A stretch of 63,671 nt of DNA, the filler included, from Octopus bimaculoides (lineage: Eukaryota): assembly GCF_001194135.2 (NCBI RefSeq). It is 5 parts of 5 records of this genome, joined end to end, with 100 filler letters (N's around TTAATTAATTAA, not from the genome) between each part and the next. Parts side by side here need not be neighbours in the genome. Positions count along the whole stretch, not along the records: positions 42,689 to 59,400 come from NC_069005.1; positions 59,501 to 61,459 come from NC_068981.1; positions 61,560 to 63,671 come from NW_026307858.1; 2 more parts are not named here. The stretch is one strand, 5' to 3'. Shown one piece after another: positions 51,301 through 63,671 of the stretch. Below the pieces are notes generated by a model, which was given only the letters and a program-made list of their open reading frames with translations, made no database searches and had not been told where the DNA came from. Positions within the stretch are counted from its first letter, which is position 1. Every line of letters begins with the position of its first letter. Made by a program: the position numbers and the translations under genes.

Positions 51301-54300
51301 CTGACAACCTTACAGAAAGACAAAAAAGACAAAGACCCCTCGACTGGGAGTGGGGAAAAGTATTGGGGTGGTGGCGGTGGCTTTGTGCCAGTTGAGAGAT
51401 TAAAGGTTTAGAGGGACAGAGATAGGTGTCTTGCTGTGGATACAGGGATTATCCCGTTGGAAGGGAAAGGAGAGTGAGTTTAGTTAAGGAGAGCAATAGA
51501 AAAACATGTTTCAATTAAGTTTGAAAACAATGAAGAATTTAGGGTAAAATTAACTTCGTTATTATTAAGCTGATGTTTGGAACATTAACAAATAATAACA
51601 GCAACAACAACAGTAAAAAGAAATAATAATAATAATAATAATAATCAATTACTGTATTAATAATAATAAAAACCATGAAGGGTGAGATCTCACCAGGGTT
51701 TGTGTTGCTAATTAGGAGATATTTGTATGACATATTAGTTGTAATTAAAGCACTTGATTAGAGTATTATTAACGATGTCTGCTGTTTAATTTATATTGTG
51801 GGCTGTAAACTTTTCAAGTGTTGGCTTGATTTGTTGTTGCAGTTTGAGCAACAACTGCACCCTTCCATATCTTGAACTAATCAGAACAGGATGTAAATCT
51901 TGGGGTAACGGGAGTCCTCTATCTGGTCACTTGACGTGTTAGAAATAGCAGCCAGTTGTACTGCAGATCACATGCTTCTGACTTCAAAAATGAAAACACA
52001 CCCACATATCCGCATAAACACATGCATGATGTGTTTATCATATTTACTTAAGTGTGGTATGGCCTCAAGTATAACATGCCACTCTGCCGCACTTTTTCTA
52101 TCTAAAAATCAGTAATATAATTTTCTCTTTCACTACTTCTTTTACACTCCTGTATAATGCTCCTGCCCCCCCCCTCCCGATTTTGAGTCTGGTTTTATAT
52201 ATTGAATTTCTCATATTATACACAACTAAATACAACACAGGATGACCTAGAATTATTTATTTCAGTGAAATAGCACAATTTTTTTAAAAACTCACTTTTA
52301 TTTATGTTTGTCATGTCTAATATGTCTTAAAAGTGTATAAGCATAGGTGCAGGAGTGGCTTGCTTACCAACCACATGGTTCCGGGTTCAGTCCCACTGCG
52401 TGGCACCTTGGGCACGTGTCTTCTACTATAGCCTCAGGCCGACCAAAGCCTTGTGAGTGGATTTCGTAGACAGAAACTGAAAGAAGCCCGTCGTATATAT
52501 GTATATAAAAGCCTGAAAGAGACAGGCTTTAGATTGTTTTAAATAATACATGTAATTCCTATTAAATGTATTGAGTGCCCTTTTCTTTTGTTTGTCCACT
52601 CACTTGTGTGTGTATGTATGCATGTATATGTATATATATATAATATGTCAGTAAAAGATATAAACTATTGGTTATATATGACTAAATACAGTATGCATAT
52701 ATGTTTCACCATTATATAACAGTGAAAGAGATAAGCCTTCGGTGACGAAAAAAAAAAAGAACTGGTGACACTTTCTTGTTCCCATTTTTGCCGCCAGGAA
52801 TGCAGTGAATCAGTAATTGGGCTATTCTGGAATCTTGGAACCAATGATAGCGTTACTGTTTCCTAATTGTGATAGATAATAAAATAAATAAGAAAAGAAG
52901 AATAGAATAAGTTGGGGGATACTGTTATCCATTCTGTTTGGAAAGCAGATGCAAAAATTGTCTATTATTTCTTCTGAATACTGCTGTAAAAATCAAAAAA
53001 AAAACAACTTTCTTTTAAAAACAAACCAATAACGAAAATGGTACAGAAGTTGGAGTGAGTCAGAGAGAGAATTGGAGAGGTATACTAAAATATAGTTGAT
53101 TATATTTTTTTTTAAACAAAAAAAAAATAAATGAAAAAGCAAATTTTCAAGACTATTGAAGCTTGCTTATGAGCAAGGAAATTAATGGTAAGGAATCTAT
53201 ATTTGGATATTGATTCCAACATTGATGGTGGCATTCTTTGAATAAAGTATCACCGAAGGTTATAAGAAATTGAAATACAGGAAATGGCTGCCTACATCTC
53301 CAAAAACTATGCTTGTCATTCATTTGTAGGTTACAATAAATAAATAAGTGCTTTTAGTTCTAAATTTCGAAATTTATATTTATAATATGCATGCCTTTCT
53401 TCCCCGTCCCCCATCCATCGAAAATTTGCATTCTCTCTCTCTCAAAGTCACTCACTCATTGTGTCTCTCTGTCTCTCTTTTGCTATGCTTCTTCTCTCCC
53501 CTAACATATATTTTTTTTTTTAAACTATCTTTGGTTCTGCCATCTTTTTATGTCAAAATAATTCTTTTTGGAATTTTAGATTTTGCAATTTCAGTTTTTC
53601 TTCAGTATATTCCTGGAAATATTTTCTCCATTGTTCTTTGTGCTATTGGCAAGATTCTTTAACCACAACGAAAATCTTCAAACTCTTTTGGGTTCCAACT
53701 TACCTGAGACTGCCTCTGATTCTACAACACAGATTCCTGGTTTTAAAATGGCCTTAATTAAAACTTCCCTTCAGAATTCCATTCTAATTTATGTTCCTCA
53801 CATCAGCTTAATAATGTCAAAGTCATTTTCCTAAATTCTTCAATATTTTCAACATACCAGCATTGGTTGTCAAGCGATGGTGGAGGGACAAACACAGACA
53901 CACAGACATATATATATATATATATGACTGGCTTCTTTCAGTTTCCGTCTACCAAATCCACTCACAAGGCTTTGGTCAGCCCAAGGGTATAGTAGAAGAC
54001 ACTTGCCCAAGGTGCCACTCAGTGTGACTGAACCCGGAACCATGTGGTTGGTAAGCAAGCTACTTACCACACAGCCACTCCTGTGCCAGTAATAATAATA
54101 AAAAAAAATATGTTCAAATTTTGGCACAAGGACAAGAATTGGGTGTTTGGTCAATTACATTGACCGCAGTGCTCAACTGGTACTTAGGTTATCAGCCCCC
54201 CAAATATTTATGGTGAAGTCAATCTTGGTAGAATCTGAACTCAGAATCTGAGTGTAGAGCCTGAAGGAATGCTGCTAAACATTTTGTCCATCACAGTAAT

Positions 54301-56547
54301 GATTCTGCTAGCTTTGCCACCTTAAAATATTTCCTATTTCTAAGTTTGCCAGATAATAATAATAATCATCATCATTCGTCTACTGAGCTCATTTATCAAA
54401 ACATCTACTTAATGCTGCTAAATACAGACACATTAAATATATATTGAGTCCATTTCTGATATTGTCTCCATTTTGCTTTGCTATCTTTGGTATCAGTTAC
54501 AGTTTTAAATCTAGCTGGTCTGGCTTTTACTTCTTGATTGATTGTTACAGTGACAATCCTCCCATGACACCCACATTTTGCATTGTTTATGAAGTTGAGT
54601 TTTTCTTTGTTTTTTTTTTTATTATTAACTATATATATTTACACACACGCGTGCACACATATACACACGAGGGTTTTTGGAAAGACCTGGCTGGATGCTC
54701 AACCTTCCAAGTTCTTTTACAGGGCTTAGAAAGACTGAAGGACAGCTGTAATAAGTGTGTGAGTCTGAGAGGGGAATATGTTGAATAAAATCATAATTAA
54801 CCGACCTCCGTGTATATTCTTTTACCTGTGACTGTTTATTCATAGGGTTGGTGTGAGAGACCACATGTAGCCATTTTGAACACAAAACAGGGAGAATACT
54901 TGGGCCAGAAATGGCCAGTTTAAATGCTAAAGGGTTAAGACGTACAAACACAAAGTTGAACAGTACTAAAAATGCACTTGCATTTGGCACTTTACCATTT
55001 CTCTTGAAGCTAGCACCTCTCAATGAAAAGAAAACCAAAGCAGAGAAAGAATATTGATTGCCAGACACAAGACAAGAATTCATTTTCTGTTGTGTAAATT
55101 TACATGTTTGGAGTGCATTATCTGAGCAACACTGTTTCCTTCTTTCATTCTAACACATCGTTATTAGCAGTTCTTTGATGATGATAAATAAATTATAACT
55201 GGCTAATTATTTTGTCTCTGCTTTAGATTTTCCACACCAGTTATATTAACAGAATTCTTGTAAAATTTATTTCTGCTCTGGTTTGGTTCGGTTTGGTTTT
55301 GTGTAATGTGGTGTATGGTTTGGTTTGGTGTGGCATGTGATTTTCGTGTGATTTATTCTGCTATTGTAATGGTAAGTTTTGCCGTTTCTTTTCAAAAGCA
55401 TCTGTTTTCTTGTCTGTGCTGTTTCCTTTGTCGGTGCTTATATTAGATGTGAATAAATATTACATCTAATGTAACAAACTGCTTTCGTCTACTTCAATGG
55501 CTTTGTTTGTGTTTGTGATTGTTGATTAATTAATTGAATAAATCATTTATTGAAAGGCTCAAGCATGGCTGTTTGGTTAAGAAGCTTGCTCTGCAACCAT
55601 GCAGTTTCCGGTTCAGTCACACTGTGCAGCACCTTGAGCAAGTGCCGTGTACTATACCCCCATGCTGACCACTGTCTTGTGAGTGAATTTGGTAGACAGA
55701 AACTGTGTGGAAGCCTGTCGTATATATATGTATGTGTGTGTCTGTCTGTCTCTGTGTTTGTCCCCTCCACAGCTTGACAACCAGTGTTGGTTTGTTTACA
55801 TCCCAGTAACTTAGCTTTTCAGCAAAAATGTCTGATAAAACAAGTACCAGACTTTAAAATAAGTACTGGGTTCCATTTTTTTCAACTAAACCCATCGTGG
55901 TAATGCCCCAGCATGGCCACAGTCCAATAACTGAAACAAGAGATAAAAGATTTTTTCCAGATGAGGTATAAAGATGGATGAATAATGTAGATTAGTATTG
56001 AAGAACCATTGTCTATTAGTTGTTGACGTGTTTTTGACCCCAGGCAGGTCCAGATCAAGCAGAGCTCTGATCTAAGTTGTCCCAGCCACCATCTTACTGT
56101 CTTTCAGTATATCAGGTTCATTGTCCAGTGTACCCTTCTTTATTTCAAACAGTAGTATGTGATTTAGGATGAGATTTAGTTTCTATATCTAGTCAATCAA
56201 ATGACCTTGCAGAGTTTTCTTTTGTCTCATGTGTTTGTTTTACATTACATTCGTTCATTTTTTCCATGATAGCATGAATGTATATTGTTGAAGTGTGGTT
56301 TTGCAACCTGATGGATGCACTTGCTGTTGCTAACCCTTACCTGTTTTTCCAACAAAATGTTATTATCATTCTGTATGTCTTCAAAAGTACAAAGCCACCA
56401 GACATTTTGTTGACAGAGAAATGACAGTGGAGGGCATTGACAATAGCTCATGTGATCACAGATTGTAAACACCCTTGCAGACATATGTTTGTACACATGC
56501 ACGTGCTCACGCTCACGCACACACATCACATCATAAAACCCCTCCCA

Positions 56548-56726
56548 TGAACTTTTACAAGATGAGGAATACTAGAGACTTTATAGTTTCAACCTGCTAG
56601 CTTTCATCAGACTGTGGTACGTTTGGGCTCATCTCGGCTTTATATTGCCAAATGTAGCACAGTCTGATGAAGGCTAGCAGACAGAAACTTTGAAGTCACT
56701 GTCTCTCCTCTTCTTGTTAAAGTGCA
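56548..56726. ncRNA. Palindrome of two inverted, partly degenerate type-I hammerhead ribozyme motifs
   Basis: + copy: ACAGT-CTGATGA-AGGCTAGCAGACA-GAAACTTTGAAGTC-ACTGT (56659-56702). - copy: ACAGT-CTGATGA-AAGCTAGCAGGTT-GAAACTATAAAGTC (56615-56577). Arms separated by ~21 nt. Confidence 0.7.
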
Positions 56727-57909
56727 ACATACATATATATACAAAAAGCATTGAGTCTTTCTTCAGTTCAATGTTGAATTGTTTTTGTTATAACTTGACA
56801 TAAAAACAAGTATTGATATATATGTCTGAGTGTGTGTGTGTTTATATCTGACTTGGAGGTATTTTATATATTACTGTTTTTTTGTTTTTGTTTTGCTTAT
56901 TTAATGATGTGATGTTTGTTAGTTAAAAAACGACAGACAGACAAATCTTTCATGAGAAATGATTGCAAAACTTATCGACTGGTATAAAGTAAAGAGAATC
57001 ACATGACTGTCTGGGTCTATATGAGATTGTAGGGGTTTTTGGAGAGAGAGTAACGAAATAATGAAAATATATTTGGCGATGAATCGATATCTGAGTAAAT
57101 AACAGTTTTTAATAATGATTCCTAACAATATTTGAATAAATACTATTTTCTAGTTTTTTTTTTTTTTCTGTTTTATTTTTAAGTTCTTTTTTTTTTACAA
57201 CTTCTGATTTACACAACAGGCAACTTAATGAAAATCCTGCTTTGATGGTGGTGTTGATTGCTGATGTTGTTTAGTTCTGGGCTTGCTGTGAAGAAGAAGC
57301 AGACCGATGATTAAAGGCATTCCGACCATGACCATCTTGTCCTCACACACCTTGTGTATCTAGGACTGCGTTATCCAATGCGCCCAGCTTTTATTTTTTT
57401 TTCAAAGCACAATGTAATTTGGTTGAGATTTACCTACCATTTTTAACAGGTTCAGTGACCACTTAGATACTCCTTTTTGATTTTACTGCTGTTCTGTTGC
57501 AACTCCTCCTCTTCCTTTTCCTCATCTTCCTCCCCCCTGGAGGTAATGTATTTCATCAGAAATTTGGTAACAAAAGGGTTAAATATAAGCATTAATATTG
57601 AAAGGTAAGAGACTTGGTCTTGTAGAACCAGAAGCAAGATGGTGGTGAGTTGTGTTTGGTTTCCAAATGAGAACTTGTTTGACTTTGCTATAGAAAAAAC
57701 AACCAGCTTTCCAGTTTGTAGTTAGTATACTGCTGTTACCTGTATAGTAACTTAATAATAATTATTACTACGTATAACTAAACATACCTGTAAATCTTGT
57801 TGATAAGTTAAACTGACTGACCAGGTAGCAAGATAAACTGAATGTTACTTATGCACTAGTGTGTTTATGTAGTACACTGCATATATATATATGCATGCAT
57901 GTGTATCTA

Positions 57910-57951
<42 letters not shown>

Positions 57952-58746
57952 AGTTTATTGTCTTCAATATCTGGGGGTTATTCATCATTTTTTTTATTTA
58001 TTAATTTTTCTCCATGCTGATGTGGTTTATCAGGTTTACTTCACTAAATCTGTCACCAAACAAATCATGCAAGAAATACAACTTTATCCATATCAGATTC
58101 TGTAACTAAAATCAATATATTATAATAGCCCAATGCCCTAATTAAAGCCTGTTAGGATATTCGTTTATGTCTCACTTGTCAGCTATCATATATCTTACAT
58201 CATCATCATCATCGTCATCATCATCATCATCATCATCATCGTCATCGTCATCATTTTATGTCTGTTTCTTCACGGTGGAGCAAATCTCGCAGTGTGTCAA
58301 CAGTCAGTGCTGTCTTCCATCATTAAATGCCACACACAGTAACAAAGACAAAAAATACAAGACCATCCATCTTTGTTCTTGTGTATGTCATGTATTTTTT
58401 TTTTTTTCTTCATTTGTTTGTTTTGGCTTTTCCTTTTTTGCTTTTCGCAAGACAAATAGTTTAACCCCCCAATCATATATTTGAATTTTCTGCTTGATTT
58501 CCAAAATCTGAAACATGCCTCTATAATCGATTATATGTTGTTGTCGTTATCGTCGTCGTTAGTGCTCTGTAGCCTTCAGAACAGCCTTGCTGGAGAAGAA
58601 CATAAATTGTATTCCAGCTGCAACTATCTTCCTTTTCTCTCTCTCTCTCTCTCTCCCTCTNNNNNNNNNNNNNNNNNNNNNNNNNNNNNNNNNNNNNNNN
58701 NNNNNNNNNNNNNNNNNNNNNNNNNNNNNNNNNNNNNNNNNNNNNN

Positions 58747-58788
<42 letters not shown>

Positions 58789-59354
58789 TATGAATTATCT
58801 AGGATTCTGATATAAGTGCATTTGTTTTCATTTTATTTAAAAGATAAGGTGTGATGCGAATGATATTTGGCTGCACTTTCTAGCAGGCTCAGTGACTTTG
58901 CAGAAGCTGTCCCTCACTGAACTAACTAATCATCTGTATTAATTTTAGGTGTGGTGGAAATGGAAGTTGTAGCATTGGCCACTTTATGTAGGATATTACT
59001 GATGTGGGGGCATACAAACGTTGATGTTTAGGGACCTTACTAATGTGGGAGACATCACTGATGTAAACGTATGAGGATGTCACTTATTTAAGGGCACTTC
59101 TGAGACGAATGTGCAGGGTATCAAGGTTGTGTGTGTGTGTTGTGGACTTAATTTAGTAATGACACACTCACAAATATATTGAGGTCAACGAAGTAAACTC
59201 ACCAGCCCACTACTGGTATGGTCACTATTTATAGTGACGGTTAACTGTGGTACCTGGTTACAGTTAAGTTTTAAGTTACTCTTGTACCATTTAAGAGTTA
59301 TGCAATGTTATTGATAATTTATGAATGAATTTATGAATCAACAACCTATCCCCC

Positions 59355-59400
<46 letters not shown>

Positions 59401-59529
59401 NNNNNNNNNNNNNNNNNNNNNNNNNNNNNNNNNNNNNNNNNNNNTTAATTAATTAANNNNNNNNNNNNNNNNNNNNNNNNNNNNNNNNNNNNNNNNNNNN
59501 TATATATATACATTGAACAATATCATAAA

Positions 59530-60060
59530 TAACACAAGAGGGAGACGGTTTAACAAGTACGATATTAGTTAAGGCTTTCATGAAAAGAAAACAGTGTCTT
59601 GATGTTTGGTAGGTTAAATATTCATGAGAACACGGAGTGGGGGTTTGGAGTTAGGGGCCAAGACAGAGACTGATAGTGATTGTGTGGAATGGTCTGTGGA
59701 GCGAAAATATTGAGACAGGTGAGTCGTTGCTAACTAGATTGTCTTTGAGATGCTCTACAAAATTGTCAGCCAGTTAGTGGCCAGTTAACCTAGTGTAGAT
59801 CAGATTGCAGAGGGAACATAGGGGAGCAGATATATGGGAATATAGTGGAGCAGTTGCTGAAGGAATAATGTGGAAGGTGTGTTTGTTGGGTCCGGTGAAG
59901 AGCATTGTGCTGGAAAGAAAATGCCAGATATGGTAACGAGAACGGAAACAGGAAATGAATCAAGAAGAAGGAAAGAGTGTGAAGAGGCAGAGTAGAAGGG
60001 TGGTAGAAGAGGGGAAAGGGTTTGCAGTGGGTAGTGTTCAGGAAGGGAGATATATAGAGA
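59530..60060 (-). mobile_element. Penelope-like GIY-YIG fragment
   Basis: Degenerate GIY-YIG C-terminal pattern on the minus strand; heavily frameshifted. Confidence 0.55.
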
Positions 60061-60265
60061 TGAGTTGTGATTTACTGCACTAGAATATCAAGAACGAAGT
60101 TTCAATTTAGTCCCAGAACTATGTAATTTAGATCTAGATGTAAAATTATACTGAATTTTTATCAGAATATTACTGTTTCATACATTTTCTGAATTCATAA
60201 AGCTATATTGGTTTGTATTTCGACGAAAGTGTCTTATATTTACTTCAGAGAGGGAGAGAGAGGGG

Positions 60266-60336
<71 letters not shown>

Positions 60337-61419
60337 TAGGAGAGAGAGAGAGAGGGCGTAGGAGAGAGAGAGAGGGCGTAGGAGAGAGAGAGGGCGTAGG
60401 AGAGAGAGGGAGAGGGATTGGAAGAGAGAGAGAGAGAGACGTAAACCAGGTATTCTTCCTATAGGTCTTTTTCCTTATCTAATTACGGCTATTGAAGTTG
60501 TAGATTGCACAGGTTTATTGCATTTCTATCCTGCGTTTTATGATTCTTTATAGCTTAATAACACCTTTAACACTCCACTCCTTCATCAAACAAGCTGACC
60601 AATTATTTGATGTTCTAATTATCAGAGGACTTAAGGATTCACCTTTGACGTCACGGACACGTCTCTCTATATTCATGGGCTTATGTAACAACAGAGCATA
60701 ATTTTTTTTTTTTTATATATAAATAATTTTCAGAATATATTGAAAGTGAAGAATAGCAAACATATAAGTATCATGCTAAAGTAAGAGAAAAAGCGGGGAA
60801 ATACGTGATATAGGAATATAACAGTAGATACGTTAGTTGAAGCAGGTAGAAGCAACCTGTCCAGTTAGAAACAAACTTTCACGAAAATGTAGTATCCCAA
60901 CAACAGAAAAAAAAACATTTAAATAACTCAGGAGAAGAGATAAAAAAATATGTTGAGATCTATCTAACATATCCTCGAGACCAACAAATTGGGATTTAAT
61001 GATTGGATATACAAAAATCCATCGCCATATCGCGGTTCACCTATTACGCACTCAGTAAATTGCCAATTTTTCTGGCTAATATATGTAAATTTATATCGTG
61101 GACTCCTAAGTATATCCAGGTTTCTGCAGACTATAAGTATTTATATCTTTTTAGACTTCAATTATTTCTATGGGAGGTTTTGGAACGTAACATCCATGAT
61201 AGTCGAAAGATTACGGTACTCAGTATTTGGACAGTTCAAACTTAATTAACGCTGAGAGAAGATAATACGATGGTGAGTCAGAAGGTAACACTAATAACAA
61301 AAAATGTGTCATATTCTGACTCACCCACTTAAAATCATTATTTCAACTCAGAATCAAGAGTGAAATAAACTGAGTACTAATGACGTTACTACTGATTTTG
61401 CTATCCGCTGCATTCGAAA

Positions 61420-61459
<40 letters not shown>

Positions 61460-61572
61460 NNNNNNNNNNNNNNNNNNNNNNNNNNNNNNNNNNNNNNNNN
61501 NNNTTAATTAATTAANNNNNNNNNNNNNNNNNNNNNNNNNNNNNNNNNNNNNNNNNNNNATACATACATACA

Positions 61573-61604
<32 letters not shown>

Positions 61605-61636
61605 AGGCAATCAGTAAAAATAGAACTAGAAATATG

Positions 61637-61672
<36 letters not shown>

Positions 61673-62489
61673 TATTAAGCAGAAGTGATAGAGTTGCTCA
61701 TGGGCCGAGAATTTCGTACGGTGGAACTAGTTTGATAAGTACCAATGTACGAAATTCTGGGCTCTCTGCTGTCTATTGTAAAGTNNNNNNNNNNNNNNNN
61801 NNNNNNNNNNNNNNNNNNNNNNNNNNNNNNNNNNNNNNNNNNNNNNNNNNNNNNNNNNNNNNNNNNNNNNNNNNNNNNNNNNNNNNNNNNNNNNNNNNNN
61901 NNNNNNNNNNNNNNNNNNNNNNNNNNNNNNNNNNNNNNNNNNNNNNNNNNNNNNNNNNNNNNNNNNNNNNNNNNNNNNNNNNNNNNNNNNNNNNNNNNNN
62001 NNNNNNNNNNNNNNNNNNNNNNNNNNNNNNNNNNNNNNNNNNNNNNNNNNNNNNNNNNNNNNNNNNNNNNNNNNNNNNNNNNNNNNNNNNNNNNNNNNNN
62101 NNNNNNNNNNNNNNNNNNNNNNNNNNNNNNNNNNNNNNNNNNNNNNNNNNNNNNNNNNNNNNNNNNNNNNNNNNNNNNNNNNNNNNNNNNNNNNNNNNNN
62201 NNNNNNNNNNNNNNNNNNNNNNNNNNNNNNNNNNNNNNNNNNNNNNNNNNNNNNNNNNNNNNNNNNNNNNNNNNNNNNNNNNNNNNNNNNNNNNNNNNNN
62301 NNNNNNNNNNNNNNNNNNNNNNNNNNNNNNNNNNNNNNNNNNNNNNNNNNNNNNNNNNNNNNNNNNNNNNNNNNNNNNNNNNNNNNNNNNNNNNNNNNNN
62401 NNNNNNNNNNNNNNNNNNNNNNNNNNNNNNNNNNNNNNNNNNNNNNNNNNNNNNNNNNNNNNNNNNNNNNNNNNNNNNNNNNNNNNNNN

Positions 62490-62522
<33 letters not shown>

Positions 62523-63640
62523 ATAATATGTCTATATATATACATACATAATATATAATATATATATATATATATGTATACATATATATGTGTGTGTGTG
62601 TAAATATATATATTTGTTTATCGATTATTATTTTCCTCTCTAAGTGAACACAATGCTTCAGTTTGCAAGCTAATACTTTGCATTAATTTTTCCACCAGGT
62701 AGAATGTATGTATTAACAGATAAACGTTGGAAATATCCGGAGAGAACAAAAGTGTGTGTGTGTGTGTATATGTGCGTGCGCGCGCGCGTGTTGCGTTGGA
62801 AAGACAGAAAGAAATAGAGAGAGGAGAGTGTATCTAAGATCTAAGGGTGAGAGAGGTAAGCAGACTGAAAGAGAAACGGGAGAGAAATGGAATGAAAATA
62901 GGAAATAAGGTAAAAATACTGGAAGAACAAAGGATAGAATTTAAATGATGATGATGAAGGTGAAAGAGGAGGACAAGAAGAAAATGAAGGAGAAAAAAGT
63001 GAAAAAGAGGCTCGTGTGGTGGGGGGTGTAAAAAAAAGTAACAAAATAAATATAAAAATAAAATGAAAGAAACCTAAAGCAGAATAAATGAACGATGGCA
63101 TTCATCTAAAAACTAGTTAATAATTTTGTGACGACAGTTCCTGTCTATTCTTCTTCTACCTCGAAAGCAACCAATCAACGAACGAGACAGAGACGCCAGC
63201 CAGTACGTACAGCTTAAAGGCAAAGAGTAAAACTGAGAGAACGCCAGAGAGAAAGAGAGAGATAATGAGAGAGAGAGTGGGAAAGAGAGGGAAAAGAGAG
63301 AGAGAAAGCAAACAAATGAGAAAAGAGTTAGTCGGCATGAAGCAAAACCAGGGAGATAATACAAAATATGTGTACTAAGTAGACATTATACATACATCTA
63401 CAATATTTATATTTATACATACAAAAGTACATATATGTACACACACATACGCACTTATTCATGCACACACATATCAGGCGCAAGCGTGGCTGTGTGGTAA
63501 CAAGCTTCTCTCCCAACCATATGGTTGTGGATTCAGTCCCACTGCGTGGTACTTTGCACAAGTATCTTCTACTATAGCCTCGAGTTAACCAAAACCTCAT
63601 GACTAGTGTTGGTAGACGGAAACTGAAAGAAGCCGGCGTA

Positions 63641-63671
<31 letters not shown>

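Overview
AT-rich, microsatellite-laden eukaryotic DNA from a gapped draft assembly. The repeat families (tRNA-derived SINEs, RTE LINEs with (GAT)n tails, Penelope-like elements, mariners) suggest an octopod cephalopod; that is an inference. The only gene I recognise is WRAP53/TCAB1: three internal WD40 exons on the minus strand (18005-17897, 12558-12470, 11728-11638). They splice in frame only through a GC-AG intron, and the upstream and downstream exons are not visible in the window. A divergent plus-strand CCAAT/TATA/Inr promoter at ~25940-26025 appears to drive an unidentified gene built from short exons (27123, 37084, 45116, 49252...); this model is tentative. Most remaining sequence is decayed transposons. 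The most notable non-coding signals are Penelope-type minimal hammerhead ribozyme motifs (a head-to-head pair in a palindrome at 56548-56726 and one at 4972-5006), a 165-bp solo LTR with a perfect 5-bp TSD, a Penelope element with long inverted arms next to a WRAP53 exon, a non-autonomous Helitron, and a sharp CpG-decay contrast between gene-body and intergenic copies of one SINE. Nearly all ORFs in the supplied track are microsatellite, N-gap or TE artefacts.
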